Position numbers and translations under genes: made by a program. This document shows, piece after piece, positions 47,491-56,674 of a stretch of 64,000 nt of DNA. Origin of the DNA: a virus; IMG/VR virus record IMGVR_UViG_3300042315_000201. One strand, 5' to 3'. Under the pieces are notes generated by a model, which saw only the letters and a list, made by a program, of their open reading frames with translations, was not told where the DNA came from and did not search any database. Each line of letters begins with the position of its first letter. Position 1 is the stretch's first letter.

Positions 47491-47931
47491 TTAATTATTC
47501 TTATTAACATTCTCTATTGCTTTTTTCAACACTATATCACTATAAGTTTTACCTTTCATTATAGGGTTTCTTTGTGTGCTAGTAGGTATTTCTTCGATAC
47601 CGAGCATTATACGGTACATTCTACTAATTAATTGTTTGCACTTAAAAGAAACTTTATATATATGGTATTTTTGCGTTGTGTGATTTCTAGGTCTCCAAAC
47701 AACTATCCATCCTTCTTTTAATAAGGAGTTCCATCGTCTATTATCCCAACTATATGAATATGTACCTATCTTAAAATCTTGTTTTGTAAATAAGTCTAAG
47801 CAGTCAAAGTATATAAGCAATTCTAAATCGGCATCACTTAACTGATTTGTTTTGCATGCCCATTTGCGTATTATTCTATAATTTTTTAATAAGTTAAGTT
47901 CTTTTATGTCCTTAGCTTCAAACCGTTTCAT
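47491..47931 (-). CDS. winged-helix-like putative regulator
   Basis: LSDADLELLIYF...RRWNSLLKEGWIVV...YKVSFK resembles a wHTH; coupled to groES. Confidence 0.55.
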   Translation of the reverse strand: MKRFEAKDIKELNLLKNYRIIRKWACKTNQLSDADLELLIYFDCLDLFTKQDFKIGTYSYSWDNRRWNSLLKEGWIVVWRPRNHTTQKYHIYKVSFKCKQLISRMYRIMLGIEEIPTSTQRNPIMKGKTYSDIVLKKAIENVNKNN

Positions 47932-48188
47932 AATACAACAACTATATCCTGCAATTTTATAACGGTATACTTATTCCCTTCAAATTCAATTCCGTGGCCA
48001 GCGTGTTTGTCATAGTATATTTCATCTCCTTCAACAACCGCTTTTATATCGTTACTAACTGATACAATAACCGCTTCTTTATATCTAATATCTTCTTTGT
48101 CTTTTTCAATCAATAGAAGACCTCCTTTTGTTTTATCTGTAACTACTTTTTTTGGTAGTATGATTATATTATTACCTATTGCTTTCAT
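47928..48188 (-). CDS. groS: co-chaperonin GroES
   Basis: MKAIGNNIII..KTKGGLLL..AVIVSVS..VEGDEIYY..G..IEFEGNKY..QDIVVVL. Confidence 0.9.
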   Translation of the reverse strand: MKAIGNNIIILPKKVVTDKTKGGLLLIEKDKEDIRYKEAVIVSVSNDIKAVVEGDEIYYDKHAGHGIEFEGNKYTVIKLQDIVVVL

Positions 48189-49728
48189 TTGCTCTCAAGT
48201 TATTGATTACACAATCGGTTGATAATATTGTAACAGCAACTGACGCCGCGTTCCTTAATGCTGATTTGGTAACTAATAGCGGATCAATAATACCAGCTTC
48301 AATCATATTAACCGTTTTATTAGTTATCACATTTAAGCCAAATCCTACACGTCTATTTGTTGGTATTACATCAATTCCAGCATTTCTTAAAATAGTATAA
48401 AAAGGAGAGGTAATTGCATTTAATAATACAGTTTCACCGGTTGAATCTGAATTAATAATTTCTGAAGCATCAAGCAAAGCAATACCGCCTCCAGGAATAA
48501 TGCCTTCTTTTATTGCTGCTTTAGTTGCGCAAATTGCATCTTCAACTCTGTCTGCTTTTTCTTTTAACTCGATGTCGGAATTAGCCCCCACCTTTACAAT
48601 AGCCACTTTGGCGCATAGTCTAGCAAGTCTCATCTCTAATCTAATAACTTCCCCTGGCGCATTATTGCCTAATAACTTTTCTTTTATTTCATTTATTAGT
48701 TTAATAACCTCTTCACTTGGGTTTCCAACTTGTAATATAGTATCTCCATCGCTGGTTATACTTTTTAAACAATTACCAAGATACTCTGGTTGGATTAAAT
48801 CCATATCATCTCCTAGATCCTCATTAATAACGGTTGCTCCGGTTAACAGGGCTAGATCTGATAGCATGTCTTTCTTATTTACGCCGTAAGTTGGGGCATT
48901 AATAACATTGACTTTAATATTTCCCTTAACCTTATTCATAGCTAAAGCCGCTATAACGTTAGGTTCCATATCAGCAATAATTAATAAAGACTTATTTGTT
49001 TTTATAATGTATTCTAATATTGATTGTATTTGTCTAATATTTTCAACCGGAGATTCAATTATTAATACTTGTGGATTATCAAGTTCTGCGGTTTTTTTAG
49101 TTTGATTTGTTACAAAATGTGAATTTACTAATCCTTTATCATATTGCACACCGTCTAATATTTCAATTTCTGTTTCAGCTAAAGCCGATGATTCCATCAT
49201 AACAATTCCAGTTTCATCTACCGCTCTAAAAGCATCACCAATAATTTTACCCAGTATAGGATCATTGTTAGTTGATATAGTTGCAATCTGATTTATCATT
49301 TCGCCGGTAACAGGTACAGTTATAGACTCAAGATACTTAATAACGTTTTCAACAGCAGTTTCAATACCGTTTTTAAGTTCTCTAGAACTAACAGCGTCTT
49401 TAACTTCATAAGCCTCGGATAAAATAGCGTGAGCTAATACTGTTGCTGTAGTTGTTCCATCGCCTGCTTCTTTAACTGTTTTTCTAGCCGCTTCTTTTAA
49501 AAGCCTTGCTCCCATGTTTTCAATTGGGTCCAACAACACAATACTATCCGCTACTGTAACCCCATCTTTAGTAATAATAGGATTACCCATCCCATCTTCC
49601 AGCATTACACATTTACCACTTGCCCCTAATGTTGAACTAACAGCTTTAGTTAATTTAGTAATACCTTCAAAAACCTTGTTCTTGGCATCGTCGCCAAAAC
49701 TAAGGTTCTTAACAATTGCATCTGACAT
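48172..49728 (-). CDS. groL: chaperonin GroEL (phage-encoded)
   Basis: ITKDGVTVA, AGDGTTTATVLA, DRVEDAICATKAAIKEGIIPGGG and AGIIDP..VTKSAL; no GGM tail. Confidence 0.95.
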   Translation of the reverse strand: MSDAIVKNLSFGDDAKNKVFEGITKLTKAVSSTLGASGKCVMLEDGMGNPIITKDGVTVADSIVLLDPIENMGARLLKEAARKTVKEAGDGTTTATVLAHAILSEAYEVKDAVSSRELKNGIETAVENVIKYLESITVPVTGEMINQIATISTNNDPILGKIIGDAFRAVDETGIVMMESSALAETEIEILDGVQYDKGLVNSHFVTNQTKKTAELDNPQVLIIESPVENIRQIQSILEYIIKTNKSLLIIADMEPNVIAALAMNKVKGNIKVNVINAPTYGVNKKDMLSDLALLTGATVINEDLGDDMDLIQPEYLGNCLKSITSDGDTILQVGNPSEEVIKLINEIKEKLLGNNAPGEVIRLEMRLARLCAKVAIVKVGANSDIELKEKADRVEDAICATKAAIKEGIIPGGGIALLDASEIINSDSTGETVLLNAITSPFYTILRNAGIDVIPTNRRVGFGLNVITNKTVNMIEAGIIDPLLVTKSALRNAASVAVTILSTDCVINNLRANESNR

Positions 49729-49787
49729 ATTTATTTGATTTAATTTAATTTGATTATATTCCTATTATTACGCAGTATTAATATTTT

Positions 49788-50303
49788 TTAACTAAATACT
49801 CTAAGTACGTTTATTTTATTATGGTATTTATAAACTATGAATCCCACTAGTATAACAAATAATAAAGCGGTTAAATGCATAATATAGTTTGCTTTTTTAA
49901 CTATTTCTTTTTTCTTTACTATAGTTTCTGTTTTAACTGCTGTTTTTTGTGTTTTAGACGTGTTTAAATCAGTCTTTTTACTTTTTGAATGTATGTTACT
50001 ATTAGTTTGTTTTTTAATCGTTATAGTGACGTTTTTATATACTTTGCCGTCAACAATGAATTCAGCACAAGAATCAATTGGTCTAATGATTATGTCTTCT
50101 AAAATTGCTTCTTTTTTTACGTAACTACTATCTACAACTTTTATTGACAATGTATCTTTTATAATTGAAATACTATCAGATTTGATAACTACTTTATCTG
50201 TAATAACTTTACGAGAAGCACAGGAGGACAACATAGTTATAAAAATAACTGCTAATACAGTAGCTAGCCAAAATGCAATTACACCTTTATTTTTTTTAAT
50301 CAT
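49788..50303 (-). CDS. lipoprotein, spanin-like
   Basis: Signal peptide with lipobox LSSC and a C-terminal hydrophobic helix; next to the lysis genes. Confidence 0.6.
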   Translation of the reverse strand: MIKKNKGVIAFWLATVLAVIFITMLSSCASRKVITDKVVIKSDSISIIKDTLSIKVVDSSYVKKEAILEDIIIRPIDSCAEFIVDGKVYKNVTITIKKQTNSNIHSKSKKTDLNTSKTQKTAVKTETIVKKKEIVKKANYIMHLTALLFVILVGFIVYKYHNKINVLRVFS

Positions 50304-50686
50304 TATGTTATCGTTAAAGTTATTTCTTTTGCTAACTGCATTTTCTTAAATAATCTATTAAAAGCAATTCTTGAATTACCTATGAAGTCTTTACCTTTAG
50401 TTGTTCCAGTTAATATGCATCCTTCGGTATCATGATTAGTATTGCCAGGGTGAATACGTATGCCTTCAAAGTTTGGCACATTCAATAATAATGGTAGTAA
50501 TTTTTTAAACCTATTTGATTTATTAATTATAACTTTATATTTACCTTTTGGTATTGCTGTTTCGCTTTTAATTTTTACTTCTCTTTCTTTGTCCTCTAAA
50601 GTAAAACACTCAAATACTCCGTCAATATATAGTTCACCTATCGTTGAATTTTCTGTTTTATACAATCTTTTAACTTCTATTTTCAT
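50303..50686 (-). CDS. DUF5675-like protein, candidate endolysin
   Basis: STIGELYIDG.F.CFTLED..IP.GKY..RF.K.LP.L..VP.F.GIRIH.GN..DT.GCIL pattern. Confidence 0.75.
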   Translation of the reverse strand: MKIEVKRLYKTENSTIGELYIDGVFECFTLEDKEREVKIKSETAIPKGKYKVIINKSNRFKKLLPLLLNVPNFEGIRIHPGNTNHDTEGCILTGTTKGKDFIGNSRIAFNRLFKKMQLAKEITLTIT

Positions 50687-50687
50687 T

Positions 50688-50864
50688 TTATTGTTTTAAT
50701 TTTAGTATTATATCTGTAAATCCTTGAATGCCTACATAAGCAGTAGCTACTACAACCCAATCAGTCGATGTTATATTACCAATGAACAATCCGAAACAAG
50801 CAACTACAAAAACCATTAGTTTACGTGATATGAATTTATTTAATATTTTATCTAAGTTATTCAT
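50688..50864 (-). CDS. 58-aa two-TM protein, candidate holin (not in ORF track)
   Basis: MNNLDKILNKFISRKLMVFVVACFGLFIGNITSTDWVVVATAYVGIQGFTDIILKLKQ*. Confidence 0.6.
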   Translation of the reverse strand: MNNLDKILNKFISRKLMVFVVACFGLFIGNITSTDWVVVATAYVGIQGFTDIILKLKQ

Positions 50865-50882
50865 TTTTTTTATTTTTTATGT

Positions 50883-53651
50883 TTACCATGTTGCCAATGC
50901 TGCTCTTACCCAGGTATTTGTAGCGGTACAAACATATATAAATCCTGCGGTAATCCTTATATCCCCCAATGTACCTGCTGCAGTAGCACTTGCAGGGGCT
51001 GTATTTAAAGCGGTTAATTTATATTGAGTACACTTTGTTGGACCGCCAACTATTAAACTATCCACGGCATTAGTTACTCCACCATCTACTAAAGTTGTTC
51101 CGCGTAATATTGTTTCTACTATAGATGAATTACCTAAAACAACTTGATTATTTTTAGTTGTAAATGAATTATAACCTATAGCAGTACTGTTTTGAGCAGA
51201 AATTAGTTGACCAGTAATACCCCCTGCAAATGCACCAATAAAAGTATTTTGAAAACCTGTTGTAAGAAGTAATCCTGAACTATATCCTAAGGCTGAATTA
51301 TTATTTGCCTCGGAAGAAAATAAAGATTGCCATCCAATAGCCGTATTATTATTTGCTGCGCCATTAGAATAAGCCTCGTAACCTAAAACTGTATTAAAAC
51401 TTGACGCGTAAGTATTTATAGGTGATAATGCTTTATGCCCAATTACTGTATTTTGATTTCCAGTTGATGTGGTTAACGTGTCAAATCCAATAGCTAAATT
51501 AAATGGAGAATTAGTTATACCTCTCCATATTTTAATTGTGTTTACTATAATGTTATCTGTAAAGTTTTTTAATCCTGAAAATTGTTGGTCATTTATAGTA
51601 ACAACTCCTCTAGATGTCGTTGAAGCATCTGGTAAATTAAATGTATGTGTACTTCCACTTGAATTTATAGCGAAGTCTGTTCCTGATGTTCCTACTGAAA
51701 AATTCTGAACCTGTGCTTGTAATCCATTTAAAGCAGTTAATCCAGTAGTAAAAGTTGTTATTACTTCGCAAAGATGCCCGTTTTGTGTGTGTAACGTAAT
51801 TGTTTTACTTGAAGTATTTACAAAAACTCTTATAGCTAATCTATCATTGACTGTTAATACTGTTTCAGGTACTGACAATGCGGTAAAATAAGCATCAATA
51901 GCCGTACCGTTTGTTATTCCTTCAGGAGTAGCAGAACTACTTGCAATTAAAGTAAATGTAGTTCCATTGTATTTATACAATTCAACATAAAATGAAGGTG
52001 AACCCCCAGGAGTAGTTGAAGAAAAGAAAAATTCTAAATTCCAATTTCCAGCAGGAATAAGCAATAAAGATGGGTCTGCAACATCAGTTATAAATGAAGC
52101 TATATATCCATTTGTATTTCTATTAAAATCCGCACCTGTTCCTATTACCGCAGTTTTACTAAACTCATAGTAAGTTGTACCTCCAAACGTACCTTGATTT
52201 GTACCGCCGTTTAGATAATAATTAACACTTAAACCTACACCGCCTCCACCTGTCATTGGAATCCAAGATCTAACGCCGGCGGTAGTAGATGATAATACAT
52301 ACCCATCAACTGGCACAGTTGGTAATGAATTTTCTTTTGTGCTTAACGCAGTTGTTACATACCCTTTGTCTACTAATGTTCTATTATCATAAGTAGATGA
52401 ATAATCGCCATTATATTTTATAAGAGCTGATGAACTACTAATTGCGTTTAAGTTAATAAATCTACCTCCTTGAATGGTATTAGGATAAAAATAGTTCCCA
52501 TAAAAATTTCCAGAAGCGTCTACATAAGATACTCCATTTCCAAAAATAGTATTTCCAGTATTATTATTTTGTATATTATTACCTGTCTTAGTCCAATAGT
52601 TAGAATTAGTTATACCCAAATTTACCGCGTCAACTGTAGGAAACTTAGTTCCTGTTCCGTCTAATGCTAATGAATTTTGTTTATTTGCTGAATTTTCTTT
52701 ATTTGCAATATCTGATATATGAGCAAATGGATCTATTCCAGCATTGGTGAACTCATCCAGGTCGTAGTCAGAAGGATTAAATGGAATTGCAGTTGATACG
52801 CTTCCATCTGCCATTAAATATTCGAATTCATTACCTCCTGGTATTTTGACAATCGAAAGTTCTCCTTCTTGGTTTACAACTAATTTATCAACTCCGTTTT
52901 TATTTACTACTATTGGATTACCAGTTGATGATGCACCGCTATTTATAACTAAACCTTTATTTGAATTACCTAGGTTTACATCGATAGATATTGTTCCATT
53001 TCCATATACTTCAATTCCCTTTCCAGAAGTTGAATAAGTATATATTGCAGTACCATTGTTTTCTGAGGAAGCGGTTACTCCAATTCCTGTGCTAGTTTGC
53101 GCCAAAAGACCAACTCCATCAGTACTGTTTGCTTCTACGCCATAATATGTTCCAACCCCTTTTACACCCGTTGAACCTTCGCCTCTTACACCTTCGCTTT
53201 CTGAAAATCCATAAACTCCAGCTAGCGAACGTGAAGTTCCATAAACTCCAAAGTTTTCACTTGATTCTCCTTTGATACCATATCCTTGAGCTGAAAATGA
53301 AGTAATACCATTTACGACGCCTTCCCCAACTGTAATAGTTATTGGATTAGTAGTAGTTGCTCCTAAATCTGTAACCTGTTGAAGGTTCTGGTAACCGTCA
53401 CTAGAATATTGAGGTATATTGAGTACGCCTGTAATCTGATCTAAAGTAGCCGCACCACTAGTATCGTTTGTAGTTAATATTATTGTTTTTTGAAGTCCTC
53501 CGTCAACTATAAAGAACTCCGCTAAATCTTGTAACAAGAAATTCCTAGTAACGGTTTTTAATTGACCATTAATAATTTTTTCAGTAGTACCTACTAACTC
53601 ATCTAACGGCTTTATATTGTCGTTTAATGGATATGAATATATTATAGCCAT
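50883..53651 (-). CDS. tail fibre protein
   Basis: 922 aa with Gly/Thr-rich beta repeats (GVYG.S, N.AIG..SL); N-terminal anchor shared with 56675-58252. Confidence 0.75.
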   Translation of the reverse strand: MAIIYSYPLNDNIKPLDELVGTTEKIINGQLKTVTRNFLLQDLAEFFIVDGGLQKTIILTTNDTSGAATLDQITGVLNIPQYSSDGYQNLQQVTDLGATTTNPITITVGEGVVNGITSFSAQGYGIKGESSENFGVYGTSRSLAGVYGFSESEGVRGEGSTGVKGVGTYYGVEANSTDGVGLLAQTSTGIGVTASSENNGTAIYTYSTSGKGIEVYGNGTISIDVNLGNSNKGLVINSGASSTGNPIVVNKNGVDKLVVNQEGELSIVKIPGGNEFEYLMADGSVSTAIPFNPSDYDLDEFTNAGIDPFAHISDIANKENSANKQNSLALDGTGTKFPTVDAVNLGITNSNYWTKTGNNIQNNNTGNTIFGNGVSYVDASGNFYGNYFYPNTIQGGRFINLNAISSSSALIKYNGDYSSTYDNRTLVDKGYVTTALSTKENSLPTVPVDGYVLSSTTAGVRSWIPMTGGGGVGLSVNYYLNGGTNQGTFGGTTYYEFSKTAVIGTGADFNRNTNGYIASFITDVADPSLLLIPAGNWNLEFFFSSTTPGGSPSFYVELYKYNGTTFTLIASSSATPEGITNGTAIDAYFTALSVPETVLTVNDRLAIRVFVNTSSKTITLHTQNGHLCEVITTFTTGLTALNGLQAQVQNFSVGTSGTDFAINSSGSTHTFNLPDASTTSRGVVTINDQQFSGLKNFTDNIIVNTIKIWRGITNSPFNLAIGFDTLTTSTGNQNTVIGHKALSPINTYASSFNTVLGYEAYSNGAANNNTAIGWQSLFSSEANNNSALGYSSGLLLTTGFQNTFIGAFAGGITGQLISAQNSTAIGYNSFTTKNNQVVLGNSSIVETILRGTTLVDGGVTNAVDSLIVGGPTKCTQYKLTALNTAPASATAAGTLGDIRITAGFIYVCTATNTWVRAALATW

Positions 53652-53660
53652 ATTGGTTTA

Positions 53661-56600
53661 TTATGTTATTATTGTTGTTATTCCTCCGTCTTGTATTATC
53701 CAGTTATTTGGTGCTGATGTTAACACTGCTCTTTTTACACTTGATGCAGCTGTATATTTAGCTCCTCCAAAACTTATGTTTATTGCAAGTGGTGATGATA
53801 GATTTGGTTGAACACTTGGTAATGAACCCCATCCATTATATATTGCATCTAGGTTAGTTGTTGAGAAATTAGTAGGTACTCTAGTTTGCATAAAACCTTT
53901 GAAATTTGTTACATTAGATATATTCCAGTTTCCAATATTTTGGTTAAATGGATTAGAACTAAACATATATGCCATATTTGTCACCTTAGCTAATGTAGAA
54001 GTATCAGGAGATGATATTCTTTCCCAATTAGATAATGGTTGGTTGAAGGATGCAGCTTGTTCAAACATATAAGACATATCAGTTACATTACTAACATTCC
54101 AGTTTCCAATTGGTTCATTAAAAATGGCATTATATCTAAACATAGCAACCATGCTAGCCACCTTACTAACATTCCAGTTCCCAATAGGTTGGTTAAATGA
54201 ATCAGCGTTTTCAAACATAGAATACATACTAGTAACATTTGCTAATGTAGAATCTGTCCTTTCCCAGTTTGCTATTGGTTGATTAAATGCAAAAGCATTT
54301 AGAAACATACCAAACATATTAGTAACCTTGCTCACATTCCAAGAACTAATATCTTTATTGAAAATTACAGCACCATTAAACATATTACCCATATTTACTA
54401 ATGCTGCAGGTGTAGTATTTATATCCCAACCATTTATACCAATTCTTGGGTTTCTTGGGTTTGTATTTTGGTTTAATCCGTTGGTAAAAGCAGGAGCACT
54501 ATGGAACATACTTGAAAATGAGGTTACCTTAGATACATTCCAAGAACTAATGTCTTGATTAAATATAGTAGCAGACTTAAACATGTTTGACATATCAATA
54601 TCTGCTGCAGTATTTATGTCCCAAGTACCTATACTAGAACTTCCTCCATTATTAAATGCATGAGCCTCTTGAAACATTGTACTAAAATTGGTACAAGCAT
54701 TTACATTCCAACTTCCTATATTACAATTAAATCTTGAATTAGTACCAAACATACCATCCATCCTAGTCACTTTAGCTGTATTCCATGCTAGTGTACCAGC
54801 AACTCCTAATGAAAGTCCATTGTTAAATGGAGATTGTCCAAACATCAAAGCCATAGTAGTAACTTCAGAAGTGTTCCAATTATCTAATGGTTGATTAAAA
54901 CCAGTAGTAACAAACATACCATTCATAAGTACATTAGCACCAGGTGTAGTATTTATAACCCAATTGTTTATATCAGAACTTCCATTATTGTTAAATCCAG
55001 AACCTTGAAACATTTGTGCAAATTGTGTCACCTTAGTTACATTCCAGTTACCTATATTTTGATTGAATGCAGAAGCACCTTGGAACATAGCATATAGATT
55101 AGTCATATTACTTATTGTAGATACATTCCCAACTGTACTCCTTTCCCAATTAGCTAAAGGTTGATTAAATGCAGAAGCACCAAAGAACATAGTACTAGTA
55201 CTAGTCACCTTACTCACATTCCAATTACTAATGTTTCTATTAAATTTAGATGCACTACGGAACATAGAAGAAATACTAACTGAGGTTACACTTCCTCCTA
55301 CATTCCAATCATTTATTTTAGATTTTGTAATATCATTTTCATCTCCATTATTAAAATTAGATGCTCCATTAAACATACTTATAAATGTAGTAACCTTACT
55401 AACATTCCATGGTGTTGTTCCTGTTCCTAAGTTTGAGTTGAATGCTGTAGCACCAACAAACATACTTTCCATAGTAGTACATGCACTAGTATTCCATGGT
55501 AATTGATTTGCTACTCCTAATGCAAAACCGTTATTAAAATTAGATGCTCCTCGGAACATATATGACATAAATATTACTTTCGATAAAGAAGAGCCTGATC
55601 TTTCCCAGTTACTAAGATTTTGATTAAATGATGTTGCATAATCAAACATCTGATTCATATTAGTAACCTTACTTACATTCCATCCACTGATATCTTGATT
55701 AAAATTACTTGCGGAGTTAAATGATCCAAACATATTGGACATATTAATAACTTCTGAAGTATTCCAATTTCCAATATTGCTATTAAATAATGGACAACTA
55801 GAAAACGTACCAGACATGTCGGTAACTGAACTTGTATTCCATTCATTTATTCTACCTACAGTAGTTAGTAATGAACAAGTATTAAATGTATTTGATAAGC
55901 TAGTCACTCCAGTTAAATCAGGAATATCAGTTATTCCAGACATAGTTACATTAACACAACCATTAAAAGAATTTGTCCCTATTTTTAATTTACCCCAACT
56001 AGATACAGATTTTATTTTTCGTCTATCATTAAGATTGCTATTAGGTGGATTACCAAAGCCAAAACCAAAAGCATCTCCTAATACTCTTACTGTATATTCT
56101 CCTGGTATTGTATATGTATGTAGTCTATTTTGAATTATATTACCACTATTTGCAGTGTTATACTGACCATCACCCCAGTCTATCCATATTGATTTTCCAG
56201 AAGCAATATTTATTGGTAGTTGTATTTGATTAGAAGCTGATGCACTTTGTTTTATACTCAACCTTATATTTCCAGTAAAATTATTATCTGGAGCAATTGA
56301 TAATGCATTTGAATTTATTGTTGTTAATGTTATTATAACATTAGTTCCAGCAGTTAATGGAGCACTAGATACACCTCCAAAATTAATTACAACTGAACCT
56401 GTTCCTGTAATTGTATACTGCATTTGATAACGTTGTACTGTAATAGGTACTAAATTAAATAGTAATAAAGCTGTACTCCCTACAGTATGAGTATATCCTC
56501 CCGTCAATAGACTTGTTCCACCAGGTGCAAGTGCCCAATTAGTTAATGGTGCAGTTGCTGTTAAATTAGTAGTTAATTCATTTCCTAAAGGACTAGTAAT

Positions 56601-56672
56601 TGTTGTATCCCAAACAGATTGAAAGGGAGTTGCTTTTTTTGTTCCGTATATTTGGAATGCTAAGTTATTCAT
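53661..56672 (-). CDS. PKD + BspA/DUF285 repeat adhesin-like protein
   Basis: IDWGDG..HTY..PGEYTV (PKD-like) followed by about 23 W(N/D)(T/V)S.VT.M..MF..A..FNQ repeats. Confidence 0.85.
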   Translation of the reverse strand: MNNLAFQIYGTKKATPFQSVWDTTITSPLGNELTTNLTATAPLTNWALAPGGTSLLTGGYTHTVGSTALLLFNLVPITVQRYQMQYTITGTGSVVINFGGVSSAPLTAGTNVIITLTTINSNALSIAPDNNFTGNIRLSIKQSASASNQIQLPINIASGKSIWIDWGDGQYNTANSGNIIQNRLHTYTIPGEYTVRVLGDAFGFGFGNPPNSNLNDRRKIKSVSSWGKLKIGTNSFNGCVNVTMSGITDIPDLTGVTSLSNTFNTCSLLTTVGRINEWNTSSVTDMSGTFSSCPLFNSNIGNWNTSEVINMSNMFGSFNSASNFNQDISGWNVSKVTNMNQMFDYATSFNQNLSNWERSGSSLSKVIFMSYMFRGASNFNNGFALGVANQLPWNTSACTTMESMFVGATAFNSNLGTGTTPWNVSKVTTFISMFNGASNFNNGDENDITKSKINDWNVGGSVTSVSISSMFRSASKFNRNISNWNVSKVTSTSTMFFGASAFNQPLANWERSTVGNVSTISNMTNLYAMFQGASAFNQNIGNWNVTKVTQFAQMFQGSGFNNNGSSDINNWVINTTPGANVLMNGMFVTTGFNQPLDNWNTSEVTTMALMFGQSPFNNGLSLGVAGTLAWNTAKVTRMDGMFGTNSRFNCNIGSWNVNACTNFSTMFQEAHAFNNGGSSSIGTWDINTAADIDMSNMFKSATIFNQDISSWNVSKVTSFSSMFHSAPAFTNGLNQNTNPRNPRIGINGWDINTTPAALVNMGNMFNGAVIFNKDISSWNVSKVTNMFGMFLNAFAFNQPIANWERTDSTLANVTSMYSMFENADSFNQPIGNWNVSKVASMVAMFRYNAIFNEPIGNWNVSNVTDMSYMFEQAASFNQPLSNWERISSPDTSTLAKVTNMAYMFSSNPFNQNIGNWNISNVTNFKGFMQTRVPTNFSTTNLDAIYNGWGSLPSVQPNLSSPLAINISFGGAKYTAASSVKRAVLTSAPNNWIIQDGGITTIIT

Positions 56673-56674
56673 AA

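Noticed and set aside
53661-56672. Diversity-generating retroelement target/template pair
   Set aside because: No reverse transcriptase in the window; the repeats are in-frame coding units with no adenine-specific mismatch pattern apparent.
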